DNA of 64,000 bases, taken from contig CAWAWS010000027.1 of NCBI GenBank assembly GCA_963785725.1, positions 32,001 to 96,000 of the forward strand, read 5' to 3'. Under the pieces are notes generated by a model. That model was not told the DNA's origin and did no database searches. It saw nothing but the letters and a program-made list of their open reading frames with translations. The stretch is from an uncultured delta proteobacterium. Lineage in GTDB: Bacteria > Myxococcota_A > Polyangia > Palsa-1104. Each line of letters starts with the position of its first letter. Within the stretch, counting starts at the first letter, position 1. The position numbers were made by a program, and so were the translations under genes. Of the stretch, positions 33,274-43,028 are shown one piece after another.

Positions 33274-34782
33274 ATGAGGATGACGCTGGCGCTCACGCTG
33301 CTCGTCGTCGCCGGCGCGACGAAATCACCCGCCGCCGAGCCGAGCGGCGCCGCCGGCGGCGTCGTCTTTCAGTCGTGGTCGCCGGCGCTGTTCGCGCGCG
33401 CGCAGGCCGAGCATCGCTTCGTGCTGCTCGATCTCGCCGCCGTCTGGTGCCACTGGTGCCACGTCATGGAGGAGACGACCTATCGCGATCCGCACGTCGT
33501 CGCGCTCCTCGACCAACGGTTCGTGGCGGTGCGCGCCGACCAGGACGCCGATCCCGACTTGTCACGGCGCTACGAAGATTGGGGCTGGCCGGCGACGATC
33601 GTCTTTGCGCCCGACGGCTCCGAGATCGTCAAGCGCCGCGGCTACCTTCCGCCGGCGGCGATGGCGTCGCTGCTGCAAGCGATCGTCGACGACCCATCGC
33701 CGGGGCCGTCGGTGCAGCCGGAAGTCGACTGGGCGCCCTCGACGCGAACCCGGCTCGGCGCGACGGCGAAGCAGACGCTCGAGCGCCACTTCGTCGACCT
33801 CTACGACGAGCGTTATGGCGGCTGGGGCAGCATCCACAAATTCGTTGACGCCGAGCCGCTCGCGTACGCGCTCGCCGAGCCCCGCTATCGACCGTGGGCC
33901 CGAAAGACGCTCGACGCCGCGCTCGCGCTCGTCGATCCCGTCGCCGGCGGCATGTTCCAGTACTCCGACGCTGTCGATTGGCGCTCGCCGCATTACGAGA
34001 AGATCATGTCGGTGCAAGCCCAGGCGATCGAGCTGTACGTCGCCGCCTATGCGCGCTGGCACGATCCCAAGCAGCTGCAAGCGGCACGCGACATCGCGCG
34101 CTATCTGTTGGACACGCTGTCGGGCGACGACGTCGGCGGCGCGTTTTACACCAGCCAAGACGCCGACGTGGACCCGACCATGCCGGGCAAAGCCTATTAC
34201 GCGCTCGACGCCGCCGGCCGCGCGACACACGCCGCGCCGCGCATCGACAAGCACGTCTACCCGCGCGAGAACGGCTGGGCCATCGCCGCGCTCGTCTCCT
34301 TGTTCACCGCCACGCACGACGCGCGCTATCGCGATCGCGCGCTCGCCGCCGCCGAATGGATCGAGCGGCGACGGCGCTTGCCGAGCGGCGGCTATCGGCA
34401 CGGCGACGGCGATCGCGCCGGCCCATATTTGGGCGACACGCTGGCGATGGCGCGGGCGCAGTGGCGCCTGGCCACCCTCGATCCCAGCGGGCCCTGGCAC
34501 GACCGCGCCGTCGCGTCGTTGCGCTTCATCGACGCCACCTTCCGCGACGCGAGCGCCGGCTACGACAGCGCGCCCGTCGCCGCCGGCGCCGGCGGCGTCT
34601 TCCGCCGCGCCGCCCGGCTCGTCGACGAGAACATCGAGGTCGCGCGGCTCGCCCAAGCGCTGCAGCAGCCGGACATGGTCGCGCAAGCGATGCACATGCT
34701 GACCTCGCCGACGCTGCTGGAGGTGCGACCGTTTTCGCCGACGCTGCTCGTGCTCGACCGCGAGCTGACGCAAACGCGCTAA
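33274..34782 (+). CDS. Exported thioredoxin-domain (DUF255/YyaL-like) protein
   Basis: Signal peptide; WCHWCHVM, GWPAT, PHYEK and AFYTSQDAD motifs. Confidence 0.88.
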   Translation: MRMTLALTLLVVAGATKSPAAEPSGAAGGVVFQSWSPALFARAQAEHRFVLLDLAAVWCHWCHVMEETTYRDPHVVALLDQRFVAVRADQDADPDLSRRYEDWGWPATIVFAPDGSEIVKRRGYLPPAAMASLLQAIVDDPSPGPSVQPEVDWAPSTRTRLGATAKQTLERHFVDLYDERYGGWGSIHKFVDAEPLAYALAEPRYRPWARKTLDAALALVDPVAGGMFQYSDAVDWRSPHYEKIMSVQAQAIELYVAAYARWHDPKQLQAARDIARYLLDTLSGDDVGGAFYTSQDADVDPTMPGKAYYALDAAGRATHAAPRIDKHVYPRENGWAIAALVSLFTATHDARYRDRALAAAEWIERRRRLPSGGYRHGDGDRAGPYLGDTLAMARAQWRLATLDPSGPWHDRAVASLRFIDATFRDASAGYDSAPVAAGAGGVFRRAARLVDENIEVARLAQALQQPDMVAQAMHMLTSPTLLEVRPFSPTLLVLDRELTQTR

Positions 34783-34820
34783 GTCGCCCGCTGCAGCGCT
34801 CGTCGGGCGGCCAAGAACAA

Positions 34821-34854
34821 TTGACAAGTCATTCGCGAGGGAGAATGATTCTCC
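34821..34854 (+). promoter_or_regulatory. Sigma70-type promoter overlapped by a 7-1-7 Fur/PerR-like operator
   Basis: TTGACA 34821-34826, 17-nt spacer, AATGAT 34844-34849; GGAGAAT-G-ATTCTCC at 34840-34854. Confidence 0.75.
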
Positions 34855-34857
34855 GCG

Positions 34858-35340
34858 ATGGACCGCCGCGCCGCCACCCTCGATCGCCGCGTCGACGAAC
34901 TCGTGCGCCGCTGTCGTGACGCGGGGCTGAACGTCACGCCGCAGCGCTTGGCCGTCTATCGCGCGCTCCTCGAGTCCGAAGATCATCCCAGCCCCGAGCA
35001 GCTCTATCAGCGCGTGCGACCGCTCATGCCCTCGTTGTCGCTGGCGACCATCTACAAGGCGCTCGACGCGCTGCAGGCGCTCGGCCTCGTCGAGGAAGTG
35101 TCGCCTTTGGGTGAGCACAAACGCTACGACGCCAATGATGATCGCCATCATCATTTGGTCTGCACCCAGTGCCACAAGGTGTCCGACTTCTACGACGAGC
35201 GCTTCGACGCGCTGGCGCCACCGCCGAAGCTGGGCGGATTTCACGTGCAGACGCTGACCGTGCAGCTCAAAGGGCTGTGCCGCGATTGCGCGGCGCCTCC
35301 GCGGACCAAGAAGAGTAGCAAAGAGACGAGACGCAGTTAG
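34858..35340 (+). CDS. Fur-family repressor (PerR-like)
   Basis: TPQRLAV, HPSPE, SLATIYKAL, RYDAN..RHHHLVCTQC and GLCRDC motifs. Confidence 0.93.
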   Translation: MDRRAATLDRRVDELVRRCRDAGLNVTPQRLAVYRALLESEDHPSPEQLYQRVRPLMPSLSLATIYKALDALQALGLVEEVSPLGEHKRYDANDDRHHHLVCTQCHKVSDFYDERFDALAPPPKLGGFHVQTLTVQLKGLCRDCAAPPRTKKSSKETRRS

Positions 35341-35351
35341 TGGACCGCCGC

Positions 35352-35366
35352 GGAGAATGATTCTCC
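35352..35366. promoter_or_regulatory. Second identical 7-1-7 operator
   Basis: GGAGAATGATTCTCC between the regulator stop and the diheme gene RBS. Confidence 0.75.
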
Positions 35367-35397
35367 ACGGCCGAACCCTCCAAAGGGGAGGTGCACG

Positions 35398-36699
35398 ATG
35401 CGAACGAGCAGCAAGCTAGTCGCCATGGTGTTGGCGGCGGGCGCCGTGGGAGTCGTCCGGGCCGACGCGCCCAAGCCCGACCCGCTGCCCAAGCCGGGCC
35501 CGCTGGCGCAGCCGGCGCCCAACACGCAGCCGGGCTATCCGCACGATCTCTATCGCGCCACCTTGCCCGCGGACAATCCCGACTCGGCCGACAAAGTGGC
35601 GCTGGGCGAGAAGCTGTTCTTCGACGGGCGCCTGTCGGCCGACGGCACCGTCGCCTGCGCGACCTGTCACGATCCGCAAAAGGGCTTCACCGATCAGCAC
35701 CCGACGTCGATCGGCATTCGCGGGCAAAAAGGGCAGCGCAACGCGCCGACGGTGTTGAACGCGCTGTTCAACGACACGCAGTTTTGGGACGGTCGCGCGG
35801 CCAAGCTCGAGGATCAGGCGAAGCTGCCGATCTTGAATCCGATCGAGATGGGCCAGAAGTCGCCCGACGACGTCATGGCGGCGATCGGCAAAGTGCCCGA
35901 GTATCAAGCGGCGTTTCAAAAGGTGTTCGGTCGCGCGGCCAATTACGACGACTTGGCGCGCGCCATCGCCGCCTACGAGCGCTCGCAAGCGGCGACGGGC
36001 TCGCGCTTCGATCGCTTCATCGCCGGCGACGAGAACGCGCTGACGGCGCAAGAGCGGCGCGGCTGGGCGCTGTTCAACGGCAAAGGCCGCTGCATGTCGT
36101 GCCACGCGTTCAACCCGACGCAGCCGACGTTCAGCGACAACAAGTTCCACAACATCGGCGTCTCGGCGCACAAGCAGAACTTCGTCGAGCTGGCGCGCAA
36201 GGGCTTGAAGCTCGTCGACTCGGCCAGCGCCGAAGCGGTCGATCGCGCGGCCATCGAGACCGACATGAGCGAGCTCGGCCGCTTCCTCGTCACCAAGCAG
36301 CCGAAGGACGTAGGCGCGTTCAAGACGCCGGGCCTGCGCAACCTGCTCGTGACACAGCCCTACTTCCACGACGGCTCGCAGGCGACGTTGTGGGACATCG
36401 TCGATCACTACAACAAAGGCGGCATTCAGAACCCGTTCCTCGACGGTGGCATCACGCGTCTCGGGATGACCGAGCCGGAGATCGACGATCTCGTGGCCTT
36501 CCTGTTCGCGCTGACGAGCGATCGTTACGAGCCGCTGGCGAAGAAGGAGCTGGCACGGCAGCGCGCCCTGGCGCGCACGACGCGGCCGCAGCGCGACACC
36601 GCGGCCGCGACGGCGAAGACGGCGAGCCTGAAGCCGCCCTTCGGCGACATCGCGCCCAATCCGACGCTCAAAGATCCGTCACGAATCGGAGGGAGATAG
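35398..36699 (+). CDS. Diheme bCcP/MauG superfamily protein
   Basis: Signal peptide; LFFDGRLS..CATCH, RNAPTV, QFWDGRA, CMSCH, FKTPGLRN and PYFHDGS..IVDHY. Confidence 0.93.
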   Translation: MRTSSKLVAMVLAAGAVGVVRADAPKPDPLPKPGPLAQPAPNTQPGYPHDLYRATLPADNPDSADKVALGEKLFFDGRLSADGTVACATCHDPQKGFTDQHPTSIGIRGQKGQRNAPTVLNALFNDTQFWDGRAAKLEDQAKLPILNPIEMGQKSPDDVMAAIGKVPEYQAAFQKVFGRAANYDDLARAIAAYERSQAATGSRFDRFIAGDENALTAQERRGWALFNGKGRCMSCHAFNPTQPTFSDNKFHNIGVSAHKQNFVELARKGLKLVDSASAEAVDRAAIETDMSELGRFLVTKQPKDVGAFKTPGLRNLLVTQPYFHDGSQATLWDIVDHYNKGGIQNPFLDGGITRLGMTEPEIDDLVAFLFALTSDRYEPLAKKELARQRALARTTRPQRDTAAATAKTASLKPPFGDIAPNPTLKDPSRIGGR

Positions 36700-36701
36700 C
36701 C

Positions 36702-37850
36702 ATGGCCATTCGCCACAAGAGCGTCGAGACCAAGTTCATGGAGGAGCGCGAAGCGGCGTTGCGCGCGCTCAAAGGGCTCGATCGCCGCACCTTCTTGAAG
36801 ACGGCGGCGGCAGCGGCGGGCGCGGTCATGGCCGGCGGCCTCATCGCGCCCCACTCGTTCCAGCTCGTCAACGTCGCGCACGGCGCGCCCGACAAGGCGC
36901 AAGGCGGGCGCGGAATGGGCGGCAAGACGCCCTTTACGTTCGCGTACATCTCGGACACGCATCTATACGAAAAGGGGCTCAACGAACGCTTCGTGCGCTC
37001 GGCGATGAAGGCGGTCGAGGACGTCAACGCGCTCGATCCGCAGCCCGACTTCGTCTTCTTCGGCGGCGACTTGGCGCAGCTCGGCGCGCCCAAAGAGCTC
37101 GAGCTCGGCGCGCAGATTTTGAAGGAGGTCAAAGCGCCGGTGAAGATGATGGTCGGCGAGCACGACTGGTTCCTCGACATGGGCGACAAGTGGCAGGAGC
37201 TGTTCGGCCCGCCGACCTACTCGTTCGACTGGAAAGGCGTGCACTGCGTCGTGCTCATGAGCGTGCAGGAGCGCGACTTCTGGACGTCGCGCAAGATGAC
37301 GCCGCAGGAGCGCATGCACACCGTGGCCGGGCTCGACAACGGCACGCAGTCGCGCTTCGAGGTCGGCGAGGCCGGGCGCAATTGGCTCAAGAACGACCTG
37401 TCGAAGATTTCGCACGACACGCCGCTCATCGTGTTCTCGCACTCGCCGCTCTATAAATATTATCGCGACTGGAACTTCTGGACCGACGACGCCGACGAGG
37501 TGCAGGCGATCTTGCGGCCGTACAAGCAAGTGACGGTCTTGCACGGCCACACGCATCAGATGCTGTCGAACCGCATCGGCAACATCGACTTCCACGGCTT
37601 TTTGTCGACGGCGTGGCCGTGGCCGTACGCGCCGCAAGGTCTACCGCCGCTGACGATTCAGATGAACCGCGCCGATCCGTTCGATCAGTTCGACGGCTGC
37701 GGCGACGGGCGCGTCAACGTCGGCGACGGCGGCCTCGTCGAGAAAATCTACAACTTGTGGGATCGCAACCCGGTCAGCATCAAGCACAGCTACCTCGCGT
37801 CGAATGGCGGCAAAGACAAGCCCTCGGCGACGACGCGCGGAAGCTACTGA
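36702..37850 (+). CDS. Tat-exported calcineurin-like metallophosphoesterase
   Basis: Tat motif DRRTFLK; SDTH, GGDL, GEHD, FSH and GHTH metal motifs. It is the C-terminal part of track ORF 35391..37850. Confidence 0.9.
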   Translation: MAIRHKSVETKFMEEREAALRALKGLDRRTFLKTAAAAAGAVMAGGLIAPHSFQLVNVAHGAPDKAQGGRGMGGKTPFTFAYISDTHLYEKGLNERFVRSAMKAVEDVNALDPQPDFVFFGGDLAQLGAPKELELGAQILKEVKAPVKMMVGEHDWFLDMGDKWQELFGPPTYSFDWKGVHCVVLMSVQERDFWTSRKMTPQERMHTVAGLDNGTQSRFEVGEAGRNWLKNDLSKISHDTPLIVFSHSPLYKYYRDWNFWTDDADEVQAILRPYKQVTVLHGHTHQMLSNRIGNIDFHGFLSTAWPWPYAPQGLPPLTIQMNRADPFDQFDGCGDGRVNVGDGGLVEKIYNLWDRNPVSIKHSYLASNGGKDKPSATTRGSY

Positions 37851-37860
37851 GGAGCCGAAG

Positions 37861-38563
37861 ATGAGCAAACGACATATTTGGCTCGCGTCGGGCGCGGTCG
37901 TGCTCGGCGCGACGGCGTTCGCGGTGGCCGACCCGGTCAAGCAGCATGACGTGCCGGCGGCGCAGCACGGCGGCACCGTCGTCGCACTGTGCGACGGCGA
38001 GACGACCGTCGAAGTCGACGGCAAGATGACGAAGGACAAGGCGCAGGCGGCGTCGAATCAGCTGATGGCCGAGTGGCGCAAGAAGCATCCCGACGCGCGC
38101 TGGGACGAGGCGGTGGCCGACAACGGCGCAGCGAACCCCGCGAAGCCGACGGGCGCCGGCGCGCAAGCGCAGACGGGCGCGCCCACCGGCAAGACGCCGG
38201 CCGCGCAGCACGACATCTACGGCGCGCTACGACTCGCGCGACGAAATGGTGTGGGCGCAAGAGACGCAGAAGTTCGTCGACGAAGGCAATGGCATCTTCC
38301 ACGACGCCGGCAAGCTCGGCGGCACCATCGCCGTCTCCTGCGACATGTGCCATCCGAACGCGTCGAACACGCATCCCGAGACGTATCCGAAGTTTCAAGT
38401 GCAGCTCGGCCGCGTGGCGCTCCTGCGCGACATGATCAACTGGTGCATCGAGAATCCGGTCAAAGGCAAGCCGCTGCACGACGACGATCGCCGCCTGCGC
38501 GCGCTCGAGGCCTATATCATCGCGCAGCGCAAAGGCACGGCGCTGCAGTACGGCAAACACTAG
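37861..38563 (+). pseudogene. SoxA/TsdA-like monoheme cytochrome c with an apparent frameshift near 38227 (real or sequencing error)
   Basis: The signal-peptide ORF from 37861 reads naturally to ...HDIYGA. The heme domain (YDSRDEMVW...CDMCH...YPKF...LRDMINWCI...LEAYI) continues in the +1 frame to the stop at 38563. Confidence 0.75.
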
Positions 38564-38789
38564 GGGCTGCCCTTGAGCGCGCTCCTAATTACGCGCTAAG
38601 TCCGCGTCTTCGTAGTCGCTGCAGATCTCGCGTCCTTCGATCTCTTCATTCGCTGTTTGCGTTGCGGCTCACATCACGCCGCGCGACGTAATGCACCCTT
38701 CACGCGCACCATGCGCGGGCGCACGATCGTCAAAAACGTTTGAGACGAAATTTGGCGACAAGAAACGCGCAGAGCGCGATTGTGACGAC

Positions 38790-38888
38790 ATGTCGCGTTC
38801 CTCTGTTGGGCTGCTGATCACCGTTGCCATCGCTGGTGCGTTCGCGTCTGCCGTTGCCGTCCTGATCGCCGCGCGCCTCGCCGGCTGA
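38790..38888 (+). CDS. Possible 32-aa single-TM peptide
   Basis: MSRSSVGLLITVAIAGAFASAVAVLIAARLAG; no clear RBS. Confidence 0.3.
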   Translation: MSRSSVGLLITVAIAGAFASAVAVLIAARLAG

Positions 38889-38929
38889 TCGACCGCCGCC
38901 GGCCGATCGCTTCGGTGCCGGCGCGCTGA

Positions 38930-40186
38930 TTATTCGGCGGCGAGCGCGCTCATCAGCGCCGTCGTGCGCGCGCGTTGCAGCGCGGCCGCGTCGTTCGCCC
39001 CATCGTGGTCCTGGCGCGGCGACGGCGTGCGAATGGCGCGCAAGAGCTCGCGCAGCGCGCGCGGCGAACGCGCCAAGCCGACCGACATGAGCGGCAGGAA
39101 TATGAAGCCCCAGTAGTCGTTGCAGGGCAGGCCGATGATGCTGAACGCGAGCATGAAGCCGAAGAGCGTCAGGCCCATGCGGGTCGCGCCTTCGTTGCGC
39201 CAGTCGCCGTAGCCGAAGAGCGCCAGCGGCAGCGCCAGCGCGTTCACGAACGGCGGCAAGTAGTACCAAAGCATGTCCGCGCGCGTCGCCGCGATGAGGA
39301 AGCGCGCGCCGCCGAACGCGAGCCAGCTGCGCGACGGAATCACCAGATCGGCCGGCCCGAGCTGGTGCGCGACGGCGACGAAGTGCAGCGTCAACAGCGC
39401 GCCGTAGAGCGGCAGCGCCAGCGCCCACAGCTTCAGCTCGGCCCAGCGCCGATCGTAGAGCGCGAACAGCACCGCGACGCCGCAAGGCAGGAGCGCGAAT
39501 TCGCGGAACGACAGCGCCGCCAACAGCGCCAGCATGCCCCAGCGCCAACGCCCGGTCGCGTACAGCGTCGCCGACAAGATCAGCAGGCTGCCCGCCCACA
39601 CCTCGTGGAAATAGGTCGCTTCGGTCGAATGTGGCAGCGCGCCGATGTGCAAGACGCAGACGGCCAGCGCCGGCCATTGTCCCCACGCGCCACGCAGCCA
39701 GCGCAGCGTCAGCACCAGCGCGCACACGCCGAACAGCGTCAGGAGGAGCGCCGGAAACGGCAGGTGCGCCAGCACGAACGCCTGCGTCGGCTGGCGCCAA
39801 TTGAACACCGGCCGCGTCGGATAGCCGCGCGTGCGCAGCTCGGTACCCGCGGCCGCGTAATAATTCTGGCCGTCATGCACGCGCGCCGCGATGGCGCGAT
39901 AGAGGTCGTAGTCTTGATCCTGCACGGCGAGCGTGACCTTGTGCGCGGCGACGCGCTGCCCGCCCGTTCCGGTCGCCGCGTAAAACCAGCCCATGGCGAC
40001 GACGAGCAGCGCCAGCACGGCCAGCGCCGGGCCGCGGCGCAAGGTCGCGTAGCGCGAGTCGTCGGACGGCGGCGCCGGCGGCGTCCGCGTCGCGGCCGGC
40101 TCGTCGTCGTCGGCCTCCTCGACATGCGGCGGCCCGTCGAAGAAAGCGCGCTCCACGGCGTCCGTGGGCTCGTGCTCGGAGAACAT
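38930..40186 (-). CDS. Polytopic membrane protein, possibly GT-C glycosyltransferase-like
   Basis: One TM, an acidic/aromatic loop (DYDLY...GYPTRPVFNWRQP), then about 9 TMs with the LSFRE motif. Confidence 0.6.
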   Translation of the reverse strand: MFSEHEPTDAVERAFFDGPPHVEEADDDEPAATRTPPAPPSDDSRYATLRRGPALAVLALLVVAMGWFYAATGTGGQRVAAHKVTLAVQDQDYDLYRAIAARVHDGQNYYAAAGTELRTRGYPTRPVFNWRQPTQAFVLAHLPFPALLLTLFGVCALVLTLRWLRGAWGQWPALAVCVLHIGALPHSTEATYFHEVWAGSLLILSATLYATGRWRWGMLALLAALSFREFALLPCGVAVLFALYDRRWAELKLWALALPLYGALLTLHFVAVAHQLGPADLVIPSRSWLAFGGARFLIAATRADMLWYYLPPFVNALALPLALFGYGDWRNEGATRMGLTLFGFMLAFSIIGLPCNDYWGFIFLPLMSVGLARSPRALRELLRAIRTPSPRQDHDGANDAAALQRARTTALMSALAAE

Positions 40187-40325
40187 GCGGGCCACAAAAG
40201 CAATCGACGTGCCGCGCGCAATCCCAAGCGCCACAAGGCTTTATGCGCGAAACAGAGGCTACCAGCCTCAGCATTGGGGAGCGCGCTCCCGCCTCGACCG
40301 GCCGCGACGCGGCAAGCCGAGGCGA

Positions 40326-42320
40326 CTACAGCTCGATTTGCGCGCCCATTTCGACGACACGATTGGGCGGCAGGCCGAAGAAGGCGGTCGCCGTGCGCGA
40401 GTTGCGCGCCAGGAACGCGAACAAGAGCTTGCGCCAGCGCGGCATGCGCCCTTTGCCGGTCACGAGCAGCGTCTCGCGCCCGAGGTAGAAGCTGGCCGTG
40501 TCGGGATCGCAGCGCACGCCTTGCAGCTGCGCCCGCCTGAGCGTCTTCAAGACATTCGGGTTCTGCATGAACCCATAGTGCGCCGTCACTTTGTAAAAGC
40601 CGTGGCCGAGCTCCTCGACTTCGACGCGCTCGCGGCCGCTGACGACCGGCACGTCCTCGGTCACGACCGACAAGAGCACGACCTGCTCGTGCAGCACTTT
40701 GTTGTGCTTGAAGTGATGCAAGAGGACGGCGGGAATGCCGCCCATCGTCGACGTCATGAAGACCGCCGTGCCGGCGACGCGATGCGGCTGCGTGAGCGCC
40801 AGATCCTCCATGAAGAGGTCGATGGGCATCATCGCGGCGCGCATCTGCTGCGCCAACTCGGCGCGACCGCGACGCCACGTCGTCATGATGGCGAACACGA
40901 TCGTGGCGATGGCGAGCGGGAACCAGCCGCCGGAGACGACCTTGTTGAGGTTGGCGGAGAGGAAGCCCAAATCGACGAAGAGGAAGAGCGCGGTCACCAG
41001 CGACGCCTGCAGCCGCGACCACTTCCAGCGCCGGCGCGCGACCGCGTAAAACAAGAGCGACGTGATGCTCATCGTGCCCGTGACGGCGATGCCGTAAGCG
41101 GCGGCCAAGTTGTCCGACTTGCGAAAGCCGATGACGAGCGCGACGCAGGCGATCATGAGCGCCGAGTTGATCTCGGGGATATAGATCTGCCCGGCCGCGC
41201 GACCCGACGTGTGGACGATGCGCACGCGCGGCCAATAGCCGAGCTGCACCGCCTGCTGGGTCAGCGAGAAGGCGCCCGAAATCAGCGCCTGCGACGCGAT
41301 CACCGTCGCAAACGTGGCGATGACGACCATCGGATACAACGTCCAGCCGTGCGCCAGCGCGTAGAAGGGGTTGCGCGCCACCGCTTCGCCGCGTTCGATG
41401 AGCAGCGCGCCCTGCCCGAAGTAATTACAGAGCAAGGCCGGCATGACGACCGAATACCAGGCGTAGCGAATCGGCTTCTTGCCGAAGTGGCCCATGTCGG
41501 CGTAGAGCGCTTCGCCGCCGGTGATGACGAGGACGACGGCGCCGAGCACGAGGAAGCCGACCTTGCCGTTGCGCACGAGCAACGACACGGCGTAGTAAGG
41601 GTTGGCGGCGCGCAAGACTTCCGGATGCGCGACAATGGCCGGCATGGCGACGGCGGCGATGGAGAAGAACCAGAGCAGCATCATCGGGCCGAAGACGGTG
41701 GCGATGCCGCCGGTGCCGCGCTTCTGCATGATGAAGAGCACGATGAGGATGAAGACGGTCGTCGGGACGACGTAAGGCGAGAACGTGTGCGTGGCGACCT
41801 CCAGGCCTTCGACGGCCGAGAGGACGGAGATGGCGGGCGTGATCATGCCGTCGCCGTACAAGAGCGCGGCGCCGAAGAGGCCGAGCATGAGCAGCGCCAT
41901 CGTGCCTTTGCGGCCTTTGGCGACGTCGCCGCGCGGGTGCACGAGCGCGAACAGCGCGAGGATGCCGCCTTCGCCGTGGTTGTCGGCGCGCATCACCAGC
42001 GACAGATACTTCACGACGACCACGAGGATCAGCGCCCAGACGACGAGCGAGAGGATGCCGAGCACGTTCTCCGGCGTCGGCAAGAGGCCGTGATCGCCGG
42101 CGAAGCACTCTTTGATCGCGTACAGCGGCGAGGTGCCGATGTCGCCGTAGACGATGCCGAGCGCGCCCACCGACAGGGCGGCCATGGCCGAGCGTGAATT
42201 GGCGTGTGGCGAGTGATGATGACCGCCGCCGTCGCCCTCGGGCTGCGCGGCGCCGTCTTTGGCCGCCGGCGACTCCGGCGGCGGCGCGGCGCGATAAGAT
42301 CCAGTCGCGTGGTCGCTCAT
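40326..42320 (-). CDS. kup: KUP system potassium transporter
   Basis: GIVYGDIGTSPLY, DNHGEGG, GDGMITPAISV, EALYADMGHF and GQIYIP motifs. Confidence 0.97.
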   Translation of the reverse strand: MSDHATGSYRAAPPPESPAAKDGAAQPEGDGGGHHHSPHANSRSAMAALSVGALGIVYGDIGTSPLYAIKECFAGDHGLLPTPENVLGILSLVVWALILVVVVKYLSLVMRADNHGEGGILALFALVHPRGDVAKGRKGTMALLMLGLFGAALLYGDGMITPAISVLSAVEGLEVATHTFSPYVVPTTVFILIVLFIMQKRGTGGIATVFGPMMLLWFFSIAAVAMPAIVAHPEVLRAANPYYAVSLLVRNGKVGFLVLGAVVLVITGGEALYADMGHFGKKPIRYAWYSVVMPALLCNYFGQGALLIERGEAVARNPFYALAHGWTLYPMVVIATFATVIASQALISGAFSLTQQAVQLGYWPRVRIVHTSGRAAGQIYIPEINSALMIACVALVIGFRKSDNLAAAYGIAVTGTMSITSLLFYAVARRRWKWSRLQASLVTALFLFVDLGFLSANLNKVVSGGWFPLAIATIVFAIMTTWRRGRAELAQQMRAAMMPIDLFMEDLALTQPHRVAGTAVFMTSTMGGIPAVLLHHFKHNKVLHEQVVLLSVVTEDVPVVSGRERVEVEELGHGFYKVTAHYGFMQNPNVLKTLRRAQLQGVRCDPDTASFYLGRETLLVTGKGRMPRWRKLLFAFLARNSRTATAFFGLPPNRVVEMGAQIEL

Positions 42321-42542
42321 TCGTGAGGCGCTGCGCGCGGGCGCAGCTCGGTCGAGCCAAAGTGGCGCCGCGAAGTCGAATGCATGCCCTTATTGGTAAT
42401 CGATGATGGACGCGCTGGGAACCTTGCATCGGCGGCCACAATGGGAGTCGAAACGCCGCATCCGAGCCGGATCGCAGGCGGACACGAAGTTACGCCCACG
42501 AAATCAGCGGGAAACGCCGGCCGCGCTACGTCTTGAAGTTAG

Positions 42543-42896
<354 letters not shown>

Positions 42897-43028
42897 CGCG
42901 CCACTCACGATATATTCGTAATCGCCGAAGCCATCATTTCACCTTCAATGATGATCTAGTGTAGCGCTCAAATTATTACGATGACGCATTGCGTTGACTA
43001 TGCGTGATGCTGTGTGTCACGAATAGGC

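Noticed and set aside
35391..36701. N-terminal extension of the 819-aa ORF (apparent fusion)
   Set aside because: Off-frame overlap with the diheme gene; the real start is 36702 with an RBS and Tat signal. The same applies to the extended ORFs at 4564, 18227, 18725, 23563, 30305, 54705 and 55676.
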